Below, in pieces: positions 13,373-25,001 of a stretch of DNA of 64,000 nt. The position numbers and the translations under genes are program-made. The notes beneath the pieces were generated by a model. The model was not told the DNA's origin. It worked only from the letters and a program-made list of their open reading frames with translations, and did not search any database. The stretch comes from the human T2T-CHM13v2.0 reference genome, Homo sapiens. Location: the NCBI RefSeq assembly GCF_009914755.1, contig NC_060930.1; one strand, written 5' to 3'. The first letter of the stretch is position 1; each line of letters begins with the position of its first letter.

Positions 13373-14344
13373 GCCCCCTAACATTCCCCCCCAACCCCGC
13401 CCAGCAGGAAAATGTCAGAAAGCAGAAATGGATCCATCTATCCCGAGGACAGTGGCGGAGGGACCTGGGTTTCGGCGGGGGCTCTGCAGCCGCGCGCTCG
13501 CACACTCGCTGTTCTCCAGCCTTGCACACCCAGACTAGCTGGCCGAGCCGGGTGCACCGTTGCCAGCAGCCCGCGGGGCAAACACGGCCGCTCGCTTCGG
13601 AGACCCATGCCCGCAGGGCACTGCACACTTCGTAAATGTTTTGCACTTTGGGGAGGCGGGACTGAAGCGGGGGTCCTAGGGAAAGGCCGGGCGCCTGCGG
13701 TTCCTGGGGTCCTGCAGCCGCGCGAGACGGGCCGCGGCTGTGGGTCTGCAAGGCTGTCTGCCCGGCTCGAGAGGCCCCCGCCCCTTTCCAGGCGTCTGGT
13801 GCTGGGGCCGGGCCGGAGCAGCTGGCGGAGAGGTCGCGCTGAGAGCTCCTGCCCTTGCCGCGGCCCACAGGTTGCCAACAGGTTTGCTCGCACGACCCCT
13901 CCGCCAGAGCTTCCCTAAGTCACCCCACATTTTCCTCGGCTAGCCACTCTTCCCATCTTGCCTCCCCTCGGGACCTCAGGCGCCCCCAAGCGCCCCGGGG
14001 GCACACCTCCTTCCGGCTGCCGAACCCGAGCCCCGCTCCAGCGGCGGGAGTCCGGCACTCGGGTCTCAGCCGCCTCGAAGGGGCCCTCGCGGAGCAGGAG
14101 TGCGGAGAACGCTCCTCCCAAACGCCCGCGGGGAGGGGCGTAGGCTGGCAAGCGAGGCTGGTGGCCTCCCCCGCGCCTCCGATCCCGCCCCGCGCCCAAC
14201 CCGGGTCCTGCTAATCTCACCTGCTCCACCTGTCGCCGTTATTTATCTCAGCGTGTGCGCAAGAATTGTTTTAGGTCGGCCCGTGGGAGCGCAGACAATC
14301 GCAGCAGCTAACAAGCGGGGAGACTACGAACCCCCCCTCCCTTC

Positions 14345-14470
14345 GCCCCCTGGAACTGCTCAATATCTTGATGGTGGTTCCACGGCTCTATGCATTTGTC
14401 AAAACTCAAAGATCTCCACACTCCAAAAAGGTTAGTCTGCATATAAATTGAAACATAAATTTTTTTAAAA
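14345..14470 (+). mobile_element. Old L1M 3'-end fragment at the CpG island edge
   Basis: 'atatcttgatggtggtt...atgcatttgtcaaaactca' is typical of an L1MC/ME 3' UTR. Confidence 0.5.
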
Positions 14471-16182
14471 TAATAATAATGAACCGTCCCTTCCCCAGGC
14501 CCATTTCCTGCTGGGTCTCTCCTCCCTTGACTCTCCAGGGCTTAAGCCCCACCGGAGCGCGCGCTCCTGACTGCTGGAAGAGGAGCGGGAGGTGTCGGGA
14601 AGTGCCTGGTGGCATGGGGGGGTTCCACCTTCCTTTCTCAGCCCCCTTTCTGTCCATCTCAGGAAGCCCGAGAACATCCGAAGATTCCTATTCTCTAGCC
14701 CACCTCCACTCGTTTGCGCCTCCCTTGTGCCCTCTTCCGTCTTTTCTCTCCTTTCTACCCCGTGGGTCCAAGGCTGATAGGAAGTCCAGACTCAGTGCGG
14801 TGCTCCCAGCAGATGCCAGCTGCAGACATGTTCAGTGAATTCACGAATGATGCCCATCATGGCCAGATATCACAGACCTGGGATACCCTCAGGGTAGCCA
14901 TCCTTTCACTCCCCAGCCCCGGACTGTTACCTCAAAGGCAAAAAATTCATTTTCTGTCCCACAGAGATACACAGCCACCATGCCTCTTCCCGCCTCCCCC
15001 ATCCAGTCAGAAAAGGAAGTGGTGCCAATTGAGGGAGTGATGAGGGATAGCTTCTTCTATTGTCATCCTCTTCCCATTATTAGAGGGTTCCTGGAAGTCT
15101 CTACCCCTTCCAGGAAGCTCTCAGGGAGTGATCACAGCGACTGTGGCTCTTCCTGGCTTTGCCCATTCTGAGCTGAATGTGTACTTCTCCATGTCGTGCG
15201 AAACTGCGCTCTGATTTTCCAATTAGCTGTTCCAACACCAAACAGCAGTCAATTGCTCCTCTTTGGCTTTGGGGTGAGTTACTGGGGACAGAGAACTGCA
15301 CTGACTCAGCTGACATTCTCTTGACTTTGCCCTCTCTAAACTCACACACTAGCCTGGAGGAGAAAGAAGGTTCATGATGGCGGGGTGGGGGGAACAGAGG
15401 ACCAAGTTAGCCAGGCTGGGATTGAACATTTGCTGTAGCTAATCCACTTGTGAATACTCTGCAGCTAATTGTATGCAGTGTAAATACCTTGACAGCCTGT
15501 TTGTGTGTGTCTGTAAATTCAGCTGTCTCCTCCCCCAAGTGTGCCCTGCCTGCTGCCTCAACACAGCCCAGTGTCTGACAATGGGAGGCAACCTCAGAGA
15601 AGGGAAAGAGCCCTAGACATCAGTCCTGCGTCCCAGTCCTAACCTCTCTAGGCCTCAGTTTCCCCAGATGTAAACTAGGTAAGATCCCTGTCTTCCTAGA
15701 GAGAAGTGGAGTAATAAGAATAACAGCTGACACCACATGCCAGGCACTGTATTAACTATTTAATCTTCATAACCATTATGTAAGACAGGGCTGTTATTCT
15801 CATGGAATGACATAGGAAGATGTAGTGACTCACTCAGCTGCTAAGGGGCCAAACTGAGCTTTGACCTCAGTAGCTTGGCTCGGCGACCTTGCCCTCTCCC
15901 ACTGTTCTATACTGAAGAGGGGCAAGGGCCTAGGTATCAAATAATGTTTCCACAAGAACTGTTTCCTGTTCCCTTTACAGACACAGAGAACAATACTCTG
16001 GCCCCCAAATTGCACCAAGGGCAGGGGGGACATGAGAGCTAGACTGCTAGACCTGACATGGGCCATAGGGCACAGGATGAGCCTGAGGTCAGGCTATCTG
16101 GAGGCTTGGTGGTCAGCACCCAGCTGCCAAGTCTTCGGTTCCACTCAAGATCATTCTAGGTCACTTCCCACTAGAAAAAAAA

Positions 16183-16197
16183 ATATATATATATATA

Positions 16198-16242
<45 letters not shown>
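16183..16242. repeat. Compound (AT)n(GT)n(AT)n microsatellite
   Basis: atatatatatatatat-gtgtgtgtgt-(at)~17, preceded by an A run. Confidence 0.95.
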
Positions 16243-16245
<3 letters not shown>

Positions 16246-16849
16246 CCTCAAAGAAAACCTAGCACTTGGGCCCCAGGAGGTTTCAGGAACTCGTTGCTGA
16301 CCACAAGCCAGGGGCCAGGGAACCAGGGGCTCCAGGCATTGAGCAAGCAGGGCAACTGCGGTTTGTTGTGAGAGCATGTTACTAGAAAGCTCTCCCATCT
16401 CCTCCTGCCACTAGCTCGCCTCCGGCGAGTGACAGCCTGGAAGAGGAGAGAAAGAAAGAGAGAGAGAGGAAGAGTCTTTGCTAGATGGTGTTGTCGCCTT
16501 GTGAGAGAAATTGTCTCTGAAAATCATACAGTGGCAGGTATTGATTCAATCTCATTGCAAGACGCTTTCTGGTCATGTGGGGGAAGGATGACTGGGAGGG
16601 GTGAGGAACGGGAGAGTTATGACCCCGCTGAAAGACCAGTTTATTAATTCGGGCTCTAACAAATAGCCAATTAATGGCTTCAGCTGCTAATTAGCAGGCA
16701 GTTAACTCCTATTATAAACTGTGGTGGCTCAAGACTGGTGAGAATGCAATCCCACCATGATACCCGTGGAGAAAAGGGGCCCTGAAGATGCATGTCACTC
16801 ACGGTTTGTAGCCCACACCACCCCCCTCCTCATCCCACACCCCCAGCAG

Positions 16850-17600
16850 ACCTTCTGTTGGTAGAATGCAGGCTGCATGGGAGCAGGGACCTTGTCTATA
16901 TGTTCACCATTCATTCATTTAACAAATATTTAATGAGTGCTTACTATGTGCCAGGCACTGCCCTAGGCACAGCAGACTCAATGTAAATAAATCAGACAAG
17001 AATCCCTGCCTTCATGGAGGCTATAGTCTAGCGAAGAGACAGACAATAGACTACACAAATGGGGAAAATACGGTATTTGGATAGTACAGGGTATGAAGGA
17101 GAACACTAAAGCTAGGGAAAGGAGTAGGAAATGTAAGAGCTGAACTGTCAGAGAAGGTACCCAGAAGGACCCCACTAACATTTCAGTCATGACCTTTAAG
17201 ATTAGAGGGACCGAACCATGCCAGTATCTAGGGGGAGGACATTGCAGAGAGAGGGGATGGCGAGGACAAAAGGCCTTGCGGTGGTGAGGAGGACGTGGCT
17301 GCAGCTGAGAAGGTGAGGGGAGAGTAGGAGGAGCTGAGATCAGAGAGATTTAGGGGGCAGGTCATTCGAGTCTTGGGATTATTGCAGGATGTTGGGTTTT
17401 ACTCTGAGCGCAATGAGAAGAGCTATGACAGGGTCTTGTGCAGAGCAGGGAAGGGATCTAACTTTACTTAGCAGGCTCACTCTGGCTGCTGTGTAGGGAA
17501 TAAACTGAAGGGGGCACCACAGTATCCTCAGCAGCTGGCCCTGTGCCTGGCCAGTAGTAGGTGCTCAGTAAATCCTTATCATATGAGTTGATTAATGAAT
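16850..17600. mobile_element. L2 (minus, ~16905-17512) nested inside an opposite-orientation L2 3' end
   Basis: 'cattcattcatttaacaaatattt...gtgccaggcactg' is flanked by the two halves 'gagcagggaccttgtc...gttcacca' and 'gtgcctgg...gtaggtgctcagtaaat'. Confidence 0.7.
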
Positions 17601-18698
17601 ATTAATGGGGCTAGATTGCAAGACTAGGAACCATGCCCACATTTGAAAGGCCGATTTATTTAGATTGTCTTGTAAATTACAACCATCTCCATGGGTGCCC
17701 TCAAATTTGAACTTTCCAAAGAATTCCACATCCATTATCCTACCTGGTCCTTAAAATGTTCCTGTGAGGTAAGTTAAGACATGTGGCCCCCTCCATTTTA
17801 TAGATGTGAAGACTGAGGCAAGGGGACATTCGCAGACTGGTTTAACAGAGTGTGACAGAAGTGACCAGTTCTAGAATCTTAGGTGTGGGGAAGAACGCAA
17901 AGGAGACAGGAGTCCCTCTCCCACTTCTGGCCACTATGTCACGACTACACCCTGACTCATTATGTGACCTTCCCCTTTTGGCCTCTGGATTCTCATTTCC
18001 ACAATAAGCACATGTGCCTGGACCACCTCTGAGACTGCTCCCAGCACTAGACTCCAAAGCCTTGTGAGCTCTCTCCAAGGCCTGATATCTGGAGCCATCA
18101 TTTCCCAAGTGAGGGTCACCTGGGCTTCCTTTGTCTACACTAATGTTGGAAAAGGGGAGGTTTTGTTTAATTTTTTTGAGTTGATGGTTCAGTAGATCAC
18201 AAGTAATTTTGTTTTATACTGATTTGAGAAATTTATGGTCTTCCCACTCTGAGCAGGTGTAAGGGACACTGGTTTACCAGGCTCTGCTTCCCCACTGGGG
18301 TGGGTCTGGGAAGAAGCAAATGGGCTGGAAAAGTGGAGTTCTTTTGACTCTTCATTAACTTAACAAATATTCATGGACCCAAGCATTGTGTCTATATAAT
18401 CCTGGGCACCCCATTGTGCTGGAGGCATCCAACAGCTAAAGACACAGCCCTGCGCTCAGGTAGCCCAAGTCTGATAGAGGAGACAGCCCTGGCCCTAAGG
18501 GCCCGTAGTCTGATGGGGGAAGACTGCTATTACAGGGTTACAGATCCTGGAATACAAATGGAGCCAGGCTATAGATCTAGGGACAGATAGATATACTATA
18601 ACAGCAACCAAGTGTTCACTACATGGGTAAAAGTGAAGAGGATGGAGAACTAGGAAGGCACTGGCTGGTTACTCTGATTTCTAGGCTCTTACTGAACA

Positions 18699-19010
18699 TT
18701 TTGTTTTTTTTGTTTTTTTTGTTTTTGAGACAAGATCTCACTCTGTTGTCCAGGCTGGAGTGCAGTGGTGCAGTCAGAGATCACTGCAGCCTCAAATCCC
18801 CAGGCTCAAGTGGTCCTCCCACCTCAGGCAACCAGGCTTGAAAAAAAAAAAAATTTAGCCTCCTGAGTAGCTGGGATTACAGGCACCCACCACCATGCCT
18901 GGCTAATATATATATGTATATATATTGCATTTTTAATAGAGACAGAGTTTCACCATGTTGGCCAAGCTGGTCTCGAACTCCTGACTTCAGGTGATCCCCC
19001 CGTCTTGGCC
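18699..19010 (-). mobile_element. Rearranged/chimeric Alu
   Basis: AluJ-like right arm, then a non-Alu insert plus A13, then an AluS-like remainder with a (TA)n linker; 5' truncated. Confidence 0.88.
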
Positions 19011-19536
19011 CCTAACCTTTCTTCAAGCCTGGTTGCCTGCAGCTTTCCAAATTTCAGCCAAACCCAAGGGAAGTAGTCTGTGTTTTACTTGGGTATTTTC
19101 TCCTAATGCAAATGTCTTTCTGGGCTCCTGGGAAAGAGGCCTGTTTGAAGGAAATACTGTTAAGCTGGCATGCAGCCGTTGGCACCCACAGGGAAGAGCA
19201 CCCTCTCTCTGGAAGCCAGGCTCCACCCCAGCAAGAAGTCCCAGCCCCATCTGACTCCACTGACCTCCCCTAGGGAGGTATCTCTGACTAAGCAGACTAC
19301 AGGGCACCTAGAGATCAGCTCCTCTCCAAAGGCCCCACCTGCTACTCTGGCCTCATGAATGACACCCCTCCACCCCAGGCTTAGAGTGGGCATTCGTTCT
19401 CTGTGCTTTGTTTCCATGTGTGCTGTGAGCTCAAGGGTAGAGTGAGTGTCCTGCTCATGTCTGGACTGCTCACAGTACCCAGTGCCAAGCTGAGCACACA
19501 GTAGTTATTTGATTTATGCTCATTAAAATGAACTGT

Positions 19537-19892
<356 letters not shown>

Positions 19893-20249
19893 TCAAACAA
19901 AAGTAGGCTTTGGGCAAGACCTAAATTACCAGGATAACGGAGGCCCAAATTATCCAGACAATATGTAGATTACGGACAAATACAAATAATGAAGATCGAA
20001 GACATGTTTGAGTTATGTACAGGCTGAAGGAAAACTGATTCTCGGGGAAGGGAAGCAGGCAGGTGAGGCCCAGGGTTTCTGGGAAACCCCTGTGTAAACA
20101 GTGGCAGGGGGTTAGCAACCCCCACTGCTGCTTCCTTCTGAGATGCTGTCTGGGAGGAGAGGTCTGAATCAGGTGCGTTCCTAGAGGCATGGGGGCTCTG
20201 CCAGGCTGAGGGTGGCTCTGTCCTCAGGCATCTGCTCCCAGGCCTCAGC

Positions 20250-21020
20250 AGCCCCAGTGGAACGCATCAAGTTTCGCTGAGCTGGTCTTTCTAACTTTCT
20301 CCCCGGCAGCTCCGCGGGAAGCAGGATCAAATGTTCTCCAGCCTGAAAAGCCCGGCTGGGGTGTGAGGAGAAAGGAGAAGGGGAGGAGGGGCGGCCAATC
20401 TGCGGTATTGGAAGGGGAGGGGCCGGGGCCGGGCCCCAGGGACAGGCCTCGTGACTCTCCTTGCTCCCTTTCTGTTTAACCCTCCCAGCCAATTCTTTTT
20501 CCTTTAGCCATTAGCTCTTTTTGATCCACGTAAAAGGGGGTGGGGGGCGGGAAATCTGGCGTGGACTTGGAGGCGTTCAGCACACCCGCGACCGCTGCGT
20601 GGCATAAACTACAGGGGGCGCCATTCACATAGGATACGACAGACATGGCGCCCGCCCCCTCCGCCCCCCCAGTACAACGTGGGGGCCCTGCTGCCACGCC
20701 CTCGGGTCTGACCTGACCCCAGGACAAGCTGGCGGGTCATCCTACCCTGTACCTCACTTCCCTCGCTCCTTCTCTTCCCAACCCACCCCCAAGCCCCCGC
20801 CGCCAACTCCTGTCTTGGCCCCTCACCCTCCAGGTCGCTCTTGTTCTGGCCCCCACTCCTGCAGGCCACGCTGCGGATGGTTCAGAGAGAGACGGGGGCG
20901 GGGGAAGGAGCCATCGGGCCTTCTCCTGCGCATGCTCGCTGTGAGACGAGCGCTGTGAGCCCTGGGGACTCGCTGCCCTTTTGATTAACTCGTCTTATTA
21001 CGTGGCTCTCCCGGCTCTCC
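20250..21020. promoter_or_regulatory. Small orphan CpG cluster with promoter-type motifs
   Basis: CCAAT boxes, several GC boxes, YY1-like ATGGCG/CGCCAT, CTCF-like CAGGGGGCGC, NRF1-like TGCGCATGC, locally elevated CpG. Confidence 0.65.
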
Positions 21021-21421
21021 TTGGGGACCCTCCATGCCCACCATCCCAGGGGGCCTTTGGGATCCATGCCTGGCACGGGCTTGGAAGGAATCCCCAGGCA
21101 CCGGCCCACTCAGTCACTAAAGGATGATCCGGCCTGCCCATCTGTCCCCCTTTTCATCCTCTAACCCAAGGTTTATCTGAAGGAGCGTGCTACAATTCAT
21201 AAGCATCAAATGCCCATAATAAAGGCCATTTGCTTTCATGACCACCTTTGTCATCTTCATTTTAGAGGGGCAACTGAGGAACAGAGAGGTTCAGTCACAG
21301 ATAGCTAGTAAGTTGTGTTCAATCGAACTAGAGAATCTGGCTCCAGAGTCAGAGTCTATACTCTTCACCACTACTTGGTGCTGCGTCTCACGAAGAAGTG
21401 GGGCCAAAAACTGGCACACTA

Positions 21422-21587
21422 GAGCTGCGCTGGCCAAGGCATAGCTACTGGTAGATATTTATGTCAGTTTCTCAGTCACGCTGGCCACATTTCAAGTGCT
21501 CACAGTCACACTAGTGGTTACCGTGTTGGACAACAAAGATATACAACATTACCCTCATCACAGGAGTTTTATTGGACAGCAGTGCTC
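21422..21587. mobile_element. MER3-like hAT-Charlie element
   Basis: 'gccacatttcaagtgctca...gtgttggaca...tattggacagcagtg'. Confidence 0.7.
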
Positions 21588-21652
21588 AGAAGTCCTTAAT
21601 TTTTATCCCAGCACTACTGCTTACTAGCTGAGCGACCATGGCCGGTTACCTA

Positions 21653-21983
<331 letters not shown>

Positions 21984-24237
21984 GTGCCAACCTCATAGGG
22001 CTGTTAGAAGGATTAAATGAGAAAATGTATATGAAATGTGCTAGGCATAGTGCCTGGCATATAGTAAGCATACTAAACATTATTATTTTGTTAGGAATCA
22101 TAAGCCAGTCCTTTATTTAACAAAGTGGGTAGCTAAAGACCAGAGAAACTAAGGAACTGCCTCAAAGCCACACAGCAAATTAAATGCCAGAAGCTGAGGC
22201 TCCTCATTCTTTTTTCTCCACCACATGACCTAATGATATCACTACAGCCAATAAATGACTTCCGAATTTGGCCCTCTCGAAAATGTTGTAAGGTGGTTAA
22301 ATGAGGTTTCATCAACCTTACTGTACAGATTAAGAAACTGATGGGCCCGGTGCAGTGGCTCATGCCTGTAATCTCAGCACTTGGGAGGCTGCGGTGGGGA
22401 GGCAATTAGAAGTCAGCTGAGGGCAATGAAGTTAGGATGAGGGGACAGAGGCTGGGTACCAACCCATCCTACTAGAGCGGATATGACATGACCCGTTTAT
22501 TGTGTCTTACCCACAAAATGGAGCTTCTGTCAGGGAGGATCTTTGTCATGTTCACTGCTATATCCCGCATAGCTTAAAGGGTGCCTGGTAATCAAGAAAT
22601 GGTTGTTGACTGAGTAGATGCCCATTTTTCAGATAAAGATGGTAAGGCTCAGAGATGTGAAGGACTGTGCCCAAGATTGGATTTATTCATACGAGAGGAA
22701 TTTACTGAGCATCTACTTTGGGTCCACATGTCGAGTCTCTCTGACTCCAATTCCTGGGCTTCCCTTCAATACCTCCCATCTCCAACCCGCATTCTACAAA
22801 GGGGAAGGTAGGGCTGCCCTGACTCCATCCTATTCCCCCGGCACGTAAGTGCTTCTCTGTCTTTGGTTGACCTGGCAAGGAGAGGCCTGAGAAGCCTTAA
22901 ATTAAGGTTCAGGCATGAGTTGTGTAGCCAGGATCTATGCTGAAATTTTATTTTGTGTTTTCCCATTGCGCTTGGAATAACGACCTTCCATCTTCCATCC
23001 CAAGAAAAGAACTGAAGCCAGAGTCTGAGTCGGGTTTTTTGTTTGGTTGGTTTTTTTGGTGGTTGCAGGGGCGGGGTGGGTTGCCTCAAGTAGCTTTGGG
23101 GTTTGTCGTCAAAGCAGAGGGATGTCCCGACTCAGTTAGGTTTAGGAGGTGGAGGTCTCCTGATGGAGAGTAAAATGGAAGGAGAAGGGAGATGGGGCCT
23201 CCCCAAGCTGGAAGCGACAGAGATGAGGCCTTTGTCTGTGTTCCTCTGGCCTGCAGTGCCAGATGGGGTTGTTTGTGTGCTGAGGCCCTGAGGGTCTTCG
23301 GGGTCCTCCTGTGGTCATCGAGAGAGCTACTGTGAAGACCTCTCAGAGTGTGTCCAGGGCAGCAGGGCCTGCCTGAGGCCTGACCCAGGGTTCAGGAGCC
23401 ACAGCAACAGGAGTCAACTACCATGGCAACCACAAGGCACAGGGCCTCTTTTCCTGGGTCCCAGATTCTTCTGTGACCCTAGAGAATCCCCCTGAACATA
23501 ACTAAGGCTGATTTCTCAGCACTGTGGCAATTGGAGATTTGGAATCAGAATTTATGTGACTTCAAAAAAAAAAACACAGCATGACATTTATTGCATGCAG
23601 ATGTTGCAGAGTAAATTCAAACCCACTCCAGTGCAGAGGGATCTAAGGGCCTCTGGATGAAGGGGTCTGAGCTGAGCAGCACACACAGGAGGCCTCCTGG
23701 AGGTCTGGCCAGGCAAGGCCAAACCCCAGGTGAGGCCTGACTGCCTGGCACAGCGAGGAAGCTGCAGGGGAAACACAAAAGGAACTTAATTTTAAAAAAA
23801 CCATATTTGAAAATAACATTTATTTCTGATTGTAAAAATAATACATGCTGCTTGTAGAAAACTGGAGAGAAACAGAAACATATAACGACAGAAATGTAAA
23901 TCACCTATAATCCCATCACCCACGGTAATCATTAAAATGGTATTATCTGTCCTTTCCATCTTTATTCTATATGCAGGTTTTTACATAATCGAGATGATAT
24001 TTACATTATTTATACAGTTTATATTCTATCTATAGAGGACAACAGGTCCCTGAGCTCTGCATGATGAACAAATGAGCAAATGAAGAACACACATACAGAT
24101 TCTCTCCCACACGCTCACATGTTCATTTGCACAGACCGTGGGGAATGAAACACGGGAAAGAACATTAAACAGTAATAAGTACCAACCTGCTACTAAACAG
24201 CATCATGACCCTGAGGACCCTCTCTGTGCCTCAGTTT

Positions 24238-24577
<340 letters not shown>

Positions 24578-24629
24578 TAGTGCCCACCTCATAGGGCTGT
24601 TAGAGGGATTAAATGGGAAAATGGGAGGA

Positions 24630-25001
24630 TCACTATATGTCTCTGCCCAAGACCTTCTTTGCCTGCCCACATAGCAGCCAAAAGGGCCAGGGCCCCTGAG
24701 GTCCCCAGGAGCAGCCCTCAGAGAGTGACTCACAGGAGCCGCATAAATACCAGCTCCCTCACCCCTCAGGCAGGATGTCCCAGAGGGCATGCCCTACACT
24801 GTCCCCCAGAGTTCCCCAGTGAGACCGAGCTCCAGCTCCCCACAGTGGTAACTGGATAAATATTGCACCCCTTATGGGCTGCGTTCCCTCCCCTGTTTCA
24901 CTTCCCCCATTCTCCTATGGGTGTTTCTTGGAGTCACCAAATACCACCTGCCCTGCAATCCTTGTCTTAGGGCCTGCTTCTGGGAAAATCTAACCCAAGA
25001 C
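24630..25001 (+). mobile_element. ERVL LTR (LTR16-like)
   Basis: 'ccagctccctcacccctcagg...cttgtcttagggcctgcttctggg...aacccaagaca'. Confidence 0.65.

Larger units (their letters stand above)
11000..14350. promoter_or_regulatory. CpG island / MDGA1 promoter
   Basis: Very high GC and CpG density (e.g. 12001-12900), many GGGCGG boxes, no Alu, and it spans the first exon. Confidence 0.92.

Noticed and set aside
12592-13635. 347-aa plus-strand ORF with an (SL)n tract
   Set aside because: It is the same artefact on the other strand, translating the CT repeat.
12294-13868. 524-aa minus-strand ORF with an (ER)n tract
   Set aside because: It has a non-ATG start, is kept open by GC richness and the (GA)n microsatellite, and has no recognisable domain. 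It spans the promoter.
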